The position numbers and the translations under genes are program-made. This document shows, piece by piece, positions 9,419 through 18,655 of a stretch of DNA of 64,000 bases. This stretch comes from an uncultured Pelagibacteraceae bacterium (GTDB taxonomy: Bacteria; Pseudomonadota; Alphaproteobacteria; Pelagibacterales; AG-422-B15), in NCBI GenBank assembly GCA_902571005.1, contig CACGAG010000004.1, positions 178 to 64,177 of the forward strand, given 5' to 3'. Numbering within the stretch: the stretch's first letter is position 1; each line of letters begins with the position of its first letter. Below the pieces are notes generated by a model. The model was not told where the DNA came from. It did not search any database and worked only from the letters and a program-made list of their open reading frames with translations.

Positions 9419-10413
9419 AAATAAATATTATTGCTGAAGCTGGAGTTAACCATAATGGTAGAGTTGATAATGCTATAAAATTAGTTGATAAAGCAGCAAT
9501 CGCTGGAGCAGACATTGTTAAATTTCAAACATTTAAAGCAGATATGCTTACTACAGATAAAGCACCAAAAGCCAATTATCAAATCAGAAACACAGGTAAT
9601 AATAATTCTCAGAGTGAAATGCTTAAGTCATTAGAAATGAGTGATGAAATGCATGAAGCTATTATAGAAAGATGTAAATCAAAAAAGATTGAGTTTTTAT
9701 CAACTGCTTTTGATCCTCAAAGTCTTAATTATTTATTAGAGTTGGGTATTAAGAGAATAAAGATCCCTTCAGGAGAAATTACAAATTTTTTTTTACTGGA
9801 AGAAGCTGCAAAAGCAAATCTTAACGTCATTCTCTCAACAGGTATGGCTCATATGAATGAAATTGAAGCAGCATTAAATATTTTATATAAATATGGAGCA
9901 AATAGAGAAAATATAACTATATTACAGTGTGTAACTGACTATCCCGCTAAAGCAATTGATTATAATTTAAAAACAATGAAAACATTTAAAGAATGTTTTG
10001 GGACAGATTATGGAATATCTGATCATACCTTAGGTATTAATGTTTCTTTAGCTTCGGCTGCTCTTGAAGCATCAATAATTGAGAAGCATTTTACGCTCAA
10101 TAAAAAAATGAATGGACCGGATCATTCTGCCAGTTTAGACCCAGATGAATTGAAATTAATGTGCTCTTCAATACGTGAGATTTCAAATTCCCTAGGTGAT
10201 GGGGTAAAAAGACCTACTAATGATGAAATAAATAATATTATAGCTGTAAGAAAATCGCTTGTAGCTTCACGGGAAATTTTACAAGGAGAAGTATTTAGTA
10301 AAGACAATGTTACCGCAAAAAGACCAGGTGATGGACTATCACCAATGAAATGGAATGAATTAGAAGGTAAAAAATCATCTAAAAGATATAAAAAAGATCA
10401 AAAGATAAATTAA
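9415..10413 (+). CDS. neuB: Nonulosonate synthase, LegI/NeuB type
   Basis: TTG start; IIAEAGVNHNG, VKFQTF, KIPSGE, ILSTGM, QCVTDYP, GISDH, IEKHFT, GPDHSAS and a C-terminal SAF domain. Confidence 0.95.
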   Translation: MKINIIAEAGVNHNGRVDNAIKLVDKAAIAGADIVKFQTFKADMLTTDKAPKANYQIRNTGNNNSQSEMLKSLEMSDEMHEAIIERCKSKKIEFLSTAFDPQSLNYLLELGIKRIKIPSGEITNFFLLEEAAKANLNVILSTGMAHMNEIEAALNILYKYGANRENITILQCVTDYPAKAIDYNLKTMKTFKECFGTDYGISDHTLGINVSLASAALEASIIEKHFTLNKKMNGPDHSASLDPDELKLMCSSIREISNSLGDGVKRPTNDEINNIIAVRKSLVASREILQGEVFSKDNVTAKRPGDGLSPMKWNELEGKKSSKRYKKDQKIN

Positions 10414-10415
10414 TC

Positions 10416-11570
10416 ATGAAAAAGGTATGTGTTGTAACAGGAACAAGAGCAGAATTTGGTTTAATGCGATATCTTATAGAGGAAATAAAGTTATCAAAAG
10501 TATTAAAATTACAGTTGGTTGCTACTGGAACTCATTTATCCAAAAAATATGGTGAAACTTATAAAGAAATATTAGCCTCTGGATTTAAGATTGCCTCCAA
10601 TGTAGATTCATTGCTTGATGATAACTCTCCTCGAGGGATTGCGAAATCTGTAGGCTTAGGTACTAAAAAATTTGCAGATGTTTTTCATAAATTAAAACCT
10701 GATGTAGTGATTGTTTTAGGTGATAGATTTGAAATATTGAGTGCAGTGGTGTCTGCAATGTTTCAAGGTATTCCAATTGCTCATATTCATGGTGGTGAGT
10801 CAACAGAGGGATTAATAGATGATCAAATTAGGAACTCAATTACAAAGATGTCCCATCTTCATTTTGTTGCCGCAAAAGAATATTATCAAAAAGTAAATCA
10901 AATGGGTGAGCAGAAAAAAAATATTTTCAATTTTGGAGGTTTAGGCGTTGATGTCATCAAAAGAACAAAGATTTTAACCAAGTCAGAGTTTTCATATAAT
11001 TTTAAATATAATTTTGGTAAAAAAAATTATCTTATAACTTTTCACCCTGTTACTCTAGAAAAGGGAACTGCTAAAAAGCAAGCTCAAGAGCTTGTTAAAT
11101 CATTAAATGAACAGTTAGAAGCTAATATTTTAATTACCTGCCCAAATGCTGATGCAGAAGGAAATCAAATTTATAAGATTTTTAAAAATTTTGCATATAA
11201 GAATAAAAAAGTTTTCTTATATAAATCTCTTGGTTACGTTGGGTATATAAGCGCTCTCAGACACTTTGATTGTATAATAGGAAATTCTTCTAGTGGTCTA
11301 TTAGAAGCACCAACCTTTAAGAAACCTACAATTAATATTGGAAGCAGACAAGATGGAAGACTCAAAGCCAAAAGCGTAATTGATTGTAAGCCTGATTATA
11401 TTTCAATTAACAAATCTATAGAGTATATTAATTCTAAAAAATTTAAAAAAAATCTTTCCAAAGTTAAAAATCCATACGGCAATGGAGGCGCAAGTAAGAA
11501 AATTGTAAAAATTTTAGAGAAAATAGATTTGTCAAATTTAAATAAAAAAAAGTTTTATGTTAAAGAATAA
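10416..11570 (+). CDS. neuC: Hydrolysing NDP-sugar 2-epimerase, LegG/NeuC type
   Basis: VVTGTRAEFG, TGTHLS, LGDRFE, HIHGGE, FHPVT, IGNSSSG, RQDGR, NPYGNG. Confidence 0.95.
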   Translation: MKKVCVVTGTRAEFGLMRYLIEEIKLSKVLKLQLVATGTHLSKKYGETYKEILASGFKIASNVDSLLDDNSPRGIAKSVGLGTKKFADVFHKLKPDVVIVLGDRFEILSAVVSAMFQGIPIAHIHGGESTEGLIDDQIRNSITKMSHLHFVAAKEYYQKVNQMGEQKKNIFNFGGLGVDVIKRTKILTKSEFSYNFKYNFGKKNYLITFHPVTLEKGTAKKQAQELVKSLNEQLEANILITCPNADAEGNQIYKIFKNFAYKNKKVFLYKSLGYVGYISALRHFDCIIGNSSSGLLEAPTFKKPTINIGSRQDGRLKAKSVIDCKPDYISINKSIEYINSKKFKKNLSKVKNPYGNGGASKKIVKILEKIDLSNLNKKKFYVKE

Positions 11571-12468
11571 ACCAAAGATAATAGTAGTTGGTTCTGTAAT
11601 GTTTTCAGAATTCATAATTAAAAATTTTTTGTCTAAGAAGATTGAAATTGTTGGAATAATTGGTAGACGATCGAACAAACTTAACTCTGATCATGTCGAT
11701 TTAAGAATGATATCGAATGAAATGCACATACCATTTCATAGTACAAATGATATAAACTCATCAAAAACAATCAATTGGGCCAAAAAATTAAAACCAGATT
11801 GGATATTATGTGTTGGATGGTCTCAATTATTTAAGGAAAGTATTTTAAAAATACCCAAATATAAAGTAATTGGATATCACCCAGCTTTACTTCCAGCAAA
11901 TAGAGGGAGACATCCTTTAATTTGGGCTCTGTTTCTTGGATTGGATTTTACTGGCTCATCTTTTTTTGTAATGAATGAGAAAGCTGACTCGGGTAAGGTC
12001 ATTTTACAAAAAAAAATAAGAATTAATAAGAATGATAACGCACTAATTCTATACAATAAGATGATTAAGACGGCCCTAAGTCAGGTAAACGGATTAATTA
12101 AAATATTTTTATCAGAAGGAAGAAACTTAACATACGTTAATAAAAACAATAAAATTGTAAAAACTAATTACTGGCGAAAAAGAGATATCCAAGATGGTAT
12201 AATTGATTGGAGAATGTCAAGCATACAAATTGTTAGATTAATTAATGCTCTATATAAACCTTATGTTGGTGCCCAATTTAAATACAAAGGTAAAGATATT
12301 AAAGTCTGGAAAGCAAAAGTAATAAGAATAAATCAACAAAATATTGAGCCAGGAAAAATTATTAGTTATAAAAATTTAAAAAATATAGTAAAAAGTGGGG
12401 ATATGGCTGTACAACTCACAATAATAGAACCAGCAATAAAATTAAAAATCGGATCATATTTAAAATGA
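11557..12468 (+). CDS. Sugar N-formyltransferase (FMT fold) 2
   Basis: IGYHPALLPANRGRHPLIW, ADSG and a C-terminal FMT domain (IDW, INAL.KPY.GA). Confidence 0.82.
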   Translation: MLKNKPKIIVVGSVMFSEFIIKNFLSKKIEIVGIIGRRSNKLNSDHVDLRMISNEMHIPFHSTNDINSSKTINWAKKLKPDWILCVGWSQLFKESILKIPKYKVIGYHPALLPANRGRHPLIWALFLGLDFTGSSFFVMNEKADSGKVILQKKIRINKNDNALILYNKMIKTALSQVNGLIKIFLSEGRNLTYVNKNNKIVKTNYWRKRDIQDGIIDWRMSSIQIVRLINALYKPYVGAQFKYKGKDIKVWKAKVIRINQQNIEPGKIISYKNLKNIVKSGDMAVQLTIIEPAIKLKIGSYLK

Positions 12469-13133
12469 AATCACTTGTAATAGCACCACATGCTGATGAT
12501 GAGTTACTAGGTTGCGCTGGAACTATCCTAAGAAATACCAAACTAGGAAATGAAGTGGGAATTCATTTTGTTACCTCACTTACAAAAAAAGGTGGATGGA
12601 CAACTCAACAAATCAAGAAAAGAGAAAAAGAAATCAAACTCGTAATTAAAGATTTAGGAGTAGAAGATAAGAATATATTTAAAAGCAATTTTGAAGCAAC
12701 CGCGATAGATGAATTAAAATTAAATAAAATGATTATAAATTTTTCAAGTATTATCAAAAAATTTAAACCTGAAAATTTATTTTTACCCTTTTACGGAGAT
12801 ATTCATTCAGAGCATCGTAAAGTATTCGATGCTGCAATGAGTAGTTCAAAGTGGTTTAGGCAACCTTCAATTAAAAATATTTTAATGTATGAAACGGTTT
12901 CAGAAACTGAATTTAATCCTAAGCAATCAGAAACTTTTTCACCAAATTATTTTGTTGATATATCTGAATTTATTGATCAAAAAATTAGACTTATAAATAT
13001 ATATCAATCTGAAATTAAAAATTTTCCATTCCCTAGGAGTAACGAAAATATAATAGCTCTAAGTAAGTTTAGAGGAGCTCAGTCAGGCTTTAACGCTGCA
13101 GAGTCCTTTATGATCGTCAAGAGTAGGGTTTAG
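12465..13133 (+). CDS. PIG-L/LmbE-family de-N-acylase
   Basis: IAPHADDELLG (PHxDD metal motif), DIHSEH, YETVSET, Y.SE...FP.PRS. Confidence 0.88.
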   Translation: MKSLVIAPHADDELLGCAGTILRNTKLGNEVGIHFVTSLTKKGGWTTQQIKKREKEIKLVIKDLGVEDKNIFKSNFEATAIDELKLNKMIINFSSIIKKFKPENLFLPFYGDIHSEHRKVFDAAMSSSKWFRQPSIKNILMYETVSETEFNPKQSETFSPNYFVDISEFIDQKIRLINIYQSEIKNFPFPRSNENIIALSKFRGAQSGFNAAESFMIVKSRV

Positions 13134-13138
13134 AACTC

Positions 13139-14188
13139 GTGACAATATCAATTGAAAAAATTCTATGTACCTCATCTAACTCTGATATCAACAGTGTTTT
13201 GAATGATCTGGAAAATTGTGAAATAAAAACAATAGGAGTATTAAATCAAAATTTGGTATTTATAGGCACAATCACAGACGGTGATATCAGAAGAGCATTA
13301 CTGAAGAAGGATAAAAAACTTCTAACTGCCGAAGATATATGTAACAAAAATTTTTTTTATGTAAAAAATGACAATCAATCAAGTGAAGCAAAAAAAATTA
13401 TACGTGACAATAATATTGATTGTATACCTATTATCAAAGAGGAATTAATTAATGATAATTTCTATATAAAAGCATTTGTAAGAAGAAATTTTAATGAGCT
13501 AAAATCCCTAGAGAAAAAATTTGTAGGGTATATTTTTGCTGGAGGTAGAGGTAGTAGGATGGGTGATCTTACTAAAGAAATTCCAAAACCATTACTTAAA
13601 ATAAATAATAAACCTTTGATAGATCATGTGATTGAAGAATTTATACATTATGAAATTAGAGAAATATATGTATCTACTGGTTACTTGAGTGAGAAGATTG
13701 AGAATTATCTAATGCATTACAATAATCAAGAAGTTAGATTTCATATTTTAAAAGAAAATAATCCATTAGGCACAGCTGGTTCACTATCTCAAACAAGTAA
13801 TTTAAATAAAATTTTGATTTGCAGAAATGCAGACGTAATATCACCTATAAATATAAGAAATATGATGATAAGCCATCTTAAAAATAAGTCAGACTTTACA
13901 ATTGGTTCATTGGTTCATAACTATGATATTCCCTTTGGAGTAATTGAGCACAAAGGTAGTAATTTTGAAAAAATCATAGAAAAACCAACTAATTTTTGGC
14001 ATATCTGTGCTGGTATAAATGTAATAAGTTCAGATATGTGCGCTTACATAAAACCAGGCGAATACATTGATATGCCTACTTTTATAAATAGGCTTTCAAG
14101 AAATAAAAAAAGAGTTAATTTATTCCCAATTTATGAAAATTGGAGAGATATTGGTACACAAGAAGCATTAAATTATATGAACCAATAA
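13139..14188 (+). CDS. CBS-domain nucleotidyltransferase, PtmE/LgaF type
   Basis: GTG start; N-terminal CBS pair (GTITDGDIRRALL), then AGGRGSRM, PKPLL, PLGTAGSL, WRDIG. Confidence 0.88.
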   Translation: MTISIEKILCTSSNSDINSVLNDLENCEIKTIGVLNQNLVFIGTITDGDIRRALLKKDKKLLTAEDICNKNFFYVKNDNQSSEAKKIIRDNNIDCIPIIKEELINDNFYIKAFVRRNFNELKSLEKKFVGYIFAGGRGSRMGDLTKEIPKPLLKINNKPLIDHVIEEFIHYEIREIYVSTGYLSEKIENYLMHYNNQEVRFHILKENNPLGTAGSLSQTSNLNKILICRNADVISPINIRNMMISHLKNKSDFTIGSLVHNYDIPFGVIEHKGSNFEKIIEKPTNFWHICAGINVISSDMCAYIKPGEYIDMPTFINRLSRNKKRVNLFPIYENWRDIGTQEALNYMNQ

Positions 14189-14202
14189 ATGAAAATCATT
14201 AA

Positions 14203-15681
14203 GTGTTTAATATTAAATGGCCTATAGGTTTCACATCTAAAAAAGTATATTCTTCAATCAAAGATGTTGAGTTTATATCTTTATCAAATAAACTTTCAAT
14301 TAATAAAGCGTTATTGCCTAAACCGATTCAATGGCATCTTAATTCCATTTTTCAATTTTATCTTATTCCTTATCTAAGGTTGATAAAGTTAAATAATAAC
14401 GATAAGAATATTATAAAACAAAAATCATCAATTTGGTTTTCTGGTTATAGAGAAGTAAGAAATATTGTTTTTTTTGATTTTAAAAACTGGTGCTTTGATA
14501 ATAATTATCGTTTAGATAAAAAATTTCTCTTTTCATTATTTAGATTAATTTTTTTGTTATTATTCTCTCTTACTTCATTTCTCAAAATTTTATTTGTTAT
14601 TTTATATTCTAATATCTACTTAAGAAAGTTTGTAATAGATTTTGAAACTTATTCAAAATTGAATAATGAAAAATTTCTCATTATCAGAAGAGAATTACAA
14701 TTTAAATTTGCTCAGGAAAAATTCTATGAAAAAACTTTAAATAACTCGATTTATATTATTTTTCCAAGTTTTCGACTCCATAAGGAAAATAAAAATAAGA
14801 ATACATATATTATTTTACCAAAATTTGCTCATTTATTTAAAGCACTATTTTCACAAATTAAAAGTATTTATGTCAGTATGACCATCAATGATTATCTGAA
14901 AATAAGTAATAAAGTATCAATTAGTAATTTTTTATTTGAAGCTTCGTTTCATTATGAGAGCTTTCTTTATGATGAGTGGATCAATTCTTTATCTTCCAGA
15001 TCATTTGGGAAAAAATTTTATTCATTTGAACAGGTAAGTTGGGCAGCCGAGATTGAAAAGAATTTGGTTGTTAATAAATGTGAGCTTAATCAAATACAGG
15101 TTGGAATACTGCCACCATTCCCATATCCAACATTAGGATGTACTTCAAATTTTATAGTAAGAAATAAAGATACTTTAAATGAATATTCTAAAATGTTTAA
15201 TAATCGTAATTTTAAAAAACTTGATGTAGATTTAAATATTTTTGCCCGTTCAGATGCTGAGCCTACTCAGTTTTCACGTATAATTTTTGCTACTCAGCCA
15301 TATCGAAAATTTCAAGAAAATAAAATATTATCTTTTTTAGATAATAAATTAAAAAATAATTTAATGGTTAAGCTACATCCTAGGGATAATTATTTGAATT
15401 ATAGTAAATATAAATTAGTAGAGTCTTTTAAGAGTAATGATTTAGTAATTACAAGAACTTCTTCTTTGACTATAGAATTATTTCAAAAAGGTATTCCTTA
15501 TGTTTGTATCATTGATGAAGAAGATGAGGAATTAAATTCTGGTGAGGTATCTAATTATGATGATTATATTGTTTTTAAATCCATTGAGTCAGCATATGAA
15601 GCCATAGAAGAAAATGATAAATTTTTAAAAAGTTTTTTTGCATGGAGAAAATCAAAAATTTTAGAGTACTATGACAAATAA
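14203..15681 (+). CDS. Hypothetical protein, candidate nonulosonate transferase
   Basis: 492 aa; C-terminal region with FATQP, VKLHPRD and ITRTSS resembles the HP and SS/T motifs of bacterial sialyltransferase-type GT-B domains. Confidence 0.45.
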   Translation: MFNIKWPIGFTSKKVYSSIKDVEFISLSNKLSINKALLPKPIQWHLNSIFQFYLIPYLRLIKLNNNDKNIIKQKSSIWFSGYREVRNIVFFDFKNWCFDNNYRLDKKFLFSLFRLIFLLLFSLTSFLKILFVILYSNIYLRKFVIDFETYSKLNNEKFLIIRRELQFKFAQEKFYEKTLNNSIYIIFPSFRLHKENKNKNTYIILPKFAHLFKALFSQIKSIYVSMTINDYLKISNKVSISNFLFEASFHYESFLYDEWINSLSSRSFGKKFYSFEQVSWAAEIEKNLVVNKCELNQIQVGILPPFPYPTLGCTSNFIVRNKDTLNEYSKMFNNRNFKKLDVDLNIFARSDAEPTQFSRIIFATQPYRKFQENKILSFLDNKLKNNLMVKLHPRDNYLNYSKYKLVESFKSNDLVITRTSSLTIELFQKGIPYVCIIDEEDEELNSGEVSNYDDYIVFKSIESAYEAIEENDKFLKSFFAWRKSKILEYYDK

Positions 15682-16774
15682 GTTCGCATTAGTACTTAGA
15701 ATATTCTCAATCTTTATACGGCTAGTTTTTACATTACTTGCTTTTTATTTAAATACAGAAATAGCAAGACAACTACTTTATGTAATAAGTTTTATATATT
15801 TATGGCAAATTATTGGGGGAATGGAAATCTATCTTAATGCCAATAAAAATATTGACGAACATCTTAAATTAATAAAATCAAGTTCTCTAATCATAATTCC
15901 TATTTTTGTATCGTTAGTATTTTTTAAATCTTTATCGATAATAATAATTATATATTTTATTTTTGATTTTCTTTTGATCGAATTTTCAAGAAAGCAAGCT
16001 GTAAATAATAATGTATATATTACTTCTGAAATAAATTTGTTTAGATCAATAATATTTTCATTATCAGTGATTTTTATTGTTTATTTGAGACTTGATCAAG
16101 TAATATTGATTAATGCTTTAGGATCATTAGCCTTATGTTTTTATTATCCAATAATTAGAAGAAATTTTTTACAGTTAGAAAACTTTAAAGAATGGATAAG
16201 CGCAGTTAAACTTGTTGGAAAAAAAAGTATTCCAGTTGCAATTATTAATAGATCAACAGATGTCGTTTTAAGAGAAGTAAATAGTAGTTACGATTTTCTA
16301 GGAACTGTTCTCGATCTTTTAATATCATACTGTGGAGTAGGAAATGTCATAATATTCTATTTATTAATTGCCCCATCTGCTGAAAAATATTTAAAAGGCA
16401 TAGTTGTACCTGATAGTAAAAAATATTTTTTTTCTATTATAATTTATATAGTTGGAATAATTTCAGCATTCTGTGTAATAATATTTTATGAAAGTGAGAT
16501 CTTAATTCAAGAAAATAGTTTTAAGCATGTTGTTCTTGTTTGTATGATTTTGCTCTTATCGTCTATTTTTCAAGTTATAAGTTGGTGTATTATTGGAAGC
16601 AAAGAAAACACACTTATCACTTCAATCCTCTATATTTCTTGTCTAAGCGCTATTGCAATTACATTATTTAAATATGAAAATTTACTTCAACTTTATATAA
16701 TGCTTATTATAATAGTATTATCTATTATCATGGGTATGATTGTTCAGAGTAAAAAATTCAGAAAGAAATTCTAA
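15671..16774 (+). CDS. Polytopic membrane protein, probable Wzx-type flippase
   Basis: 367 aa, hydrophobic throughout with about 10-11 segments; context in glycan cluster. Confidence 0.45.
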   Translation: MTNKFALVLRIFSIFIRLVFTLLAFYLNTEIARQLLYVISFIYLWQIIGGMEIYLNANKNIDEHLKLIKSSSLIIIPIFVSLVFFKSLSIIIIIYFIFDFLLIEFSRKQAVNNNVYITSEINLFRSIIFSLSVIFIVYLRLDQVILINALGSLALCFYYPIIRRNFLQLENFKEWISAVKLVGKKSIPVAIINRSTDVVLREVNSSYDFLGTVLDLLISYCGVGNVIIFYLLIAPSAEKYLKGIVVPDSKKYFFSIIIYIVGIISAFCVIIFYESEILIQENSFKHVVLVCMILLLSSIFQVISWCIIGSKENTLITSILYISCLSAIAITLFKYENLLQLYIMLIIIVLSIIMGMIVQSKKFRKKF

Positions 16775-16779
16775 ATCTA

Positions 16780-17808
16780 ATGAAGTTTGAAAAGTTTACT
16801 TTTTTCCCAGACATTGACCTTTACTTTGATAGAGATATGTATGATGCTAAATTACTTATTGATAATATTATTAATCACGATTTAGAATATTTAAAATTTG
16901 CATTATGCATTAATAATCCCATTAACAGAGATCAAACCGCTGTTGAAAAATGGATTGACAACAAAGATAATGCCAAACAACAAGATTTATACGATATCTT
17001 TGAAGAAAGGAGATTAAGTAGTGACCAAGCCTATGAATTCTTAGAATATGCAAAATCCACAGGATTGAAACTTATTGCATCAGTTTATGATGAAAAAGCT
17101 GTTGAGATTTGTTCAAATTACGTTGAAGCATTAAAAATATCATCATCTAATATCACGAATTTTTTTTTAATAGATAAAGTAATTCAAACTGGAAAATCCA
17201 TTATTATTGATACTGGTAAATCTGATGTACTTGAAATTGAGGATACAATTAATTTTATTAATTCTTATGGTAAGACAAATCATATTCTTTTACAACACAG
17301 TCCAAATAGACCTCCAGCTTTATCAATAGATTGGGCACTTTCTGGATTAGCTTTGTTGAAGAAAAAGTTCAATTTACCCATTGGTCTTAGTGAGCATAGT
17401 AATGAATTTACTCAAACAGTGTGTGCTATTTCTTCGGGAGTAATTAATATAGAAAAAGGAATTATGTTAGATAAAATCCATCAACGGGGTGTCTCCGATT
17501 CAGCTCATGCTTTACCAATTTCAAGATTGAAAGAATATTTAGATATTATTAATGAAACAAGAGAGGCTTTTTTAAAAGAATGGCACGATTTGAAAGATGC
17601 TGACTTTGAAATGAGAAAATATTCAAGATCAGGATTATATGCTGCAAAAGATTTATCAAAAGGTGAAACTTATAGTATTGAAAATATCAATGTATTGGCG
17701 CCTGAAATAGGGATAAGTGGTGCAGAGTACTACAATGTAATTGGAAAAAAAGTTACTAGAGATATAAAAAAAGGTGAGCCGTTAAGAAATGAAAATATTG
17801 GGGATTAG
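16780..17808 (+). CDS. Divergent NeuB-family synthase with SAF domain
   Basis: KISSSNI, IIDTG, GLSEH, IEKG and SAF domain (RSGLYAAKDL.KGE, LAPEIGI) align with the NeuB layout, but several canonical residues are replaced. Confidence 0.8.
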   Translation: MKFEKFTFFPDIDLYFDRDMYDAKLLIDNIINHDLEYLKFALCINNPINRDQTAVEKWIDNKDNAKQQDLYDIFEERRLSSDQAYEFLEYAKSTGLKLIASVYDEKAVEICSNYVEALKISSSNITNFFLIDKVIQTGKSIIIDTGKSDVLEIEDTINFINSYGKTNHILLQHSPNRPPALSIDWALSGLALLKKKFNLPIGLSEHSNEFTQTVCAISSGVINIEKGIMLDKIHQRGVSDSAHALPISRLKEYLDIINETREAFLKEWHDLKDADFEMRKYSRSGLYAAKDLSKGETYSIENINVLAPEIGISGAEYYNVIGKKVTRDIKKGEPLRNENIGD

Positions 17809-18655
17809 TGATAGTCGAAGTCCAGGTGAGTTACTTATAAATACAAATTCTAGAGCTCTTTGCAGAAAATTTGAATTAAATTGGGATTCTGATAAGCGAT
17901 ATTTTGGTTATGAAGACCAATACTTATTCTATGAAGATGAAGATGCCTTCACAAAAATTTACGATATAAGATATAAAGATATAGTAACTAAATCTCATGA
18001 AGTTCATGCACATATTTCAAGTTTTGGTCTTGCACCCAAAATACATGAGATTCAAATTAATGATAAGTGCATCACTGTTAAACTTGAAAAAATTAATTAT
18101 AATAATGATAGTTTTAATACAGAAAAATTGCTGAACAAAGTAATTGAACTACAAGAGATGCTTGAGTCTTTTTTTAAAACAAATATTAAATTAAAAACTG
18201 ATCTTGATGATAATACAAAATTTCTTTTTAAATTAATTGAAGAAAACTTAATTATATACCATAAAAAATTGAATATACCCGAAACATTAATAAGAGAAAT
18301 TAAATCTACAGGAAATATTCTCTTACAGAGCAATGGGATTAATCATGGAGATCTCCATTTTGGAAATATTTTAATCTCCGGTGATAATTTTTTTTTTACT
18401 GATTTTGAGTCTGTTTTTCATTTAGGAGTGAATAATATTATTGATTTTATTAATCTCTCAAGATTTATAGATAAAACGTCTGTATATAATTTTATAAGAA
18501 AACAAGATTTTAAAAAGAGTATACAAGTAGATTTTAAGATATATTTTAATTGGTTAGTCATAAAAAATTTATCTGTTTTAGATCATTTAAAGCAAGAAAA
18601 AAATATGGACATAAGTAATGAATTTAAAAAATTTAGAGAAATGCTTATCTATTAA
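17789..18655 (+). CDS. APH/choline-kinase-fold phosphotransferase
   Basis: Brenner motif NHGDLHFGNIL followed by FTDFE; GLAPKI upstream. Confidence 0.75.
   Translation: MKILGISDSRSPGELLINTNSRALCRKFELNWDSDKRYFGYEDQYLFYEDEDAFTKIYDIRYKDIVTKSHEVHAHISSFGLAPKIHEIQINDKCITVKLEKINYNNDSFNTEKLLNKVIELQEMLESFFKTNIKLKTDLDDNTKFLFKLIEENLIIYHKKLNIPETLIREIKSTGNILLQSNGINHGDLHFGNILISGDNFFFTDFESVFHLGVNNIIDFINLSRFIDKTSVYNFIRKQDFKKSIQVDFKIYFNWLVIKNLSVLDHLKQEKNMDISNEFKKFREMLIY

Noticed and set aside
9415-11570. neuB/neuC as plain sialic acid (Neu5Ac) synthesis
   Set aside because: LgaA-type dehydratase, LegC aminotransferase and PtmE-type nucleotidyltransferase point to a legionaminic-type 9-deoxy sugar.
8513-12468. 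Formyltransferases as methionyl-tRNA formyltransferase (fmt)
   Set aside because: Two copies interleaved with neuB/neuC, no adjacent def, and missing the fmt N-terminal GTPxFA motif.
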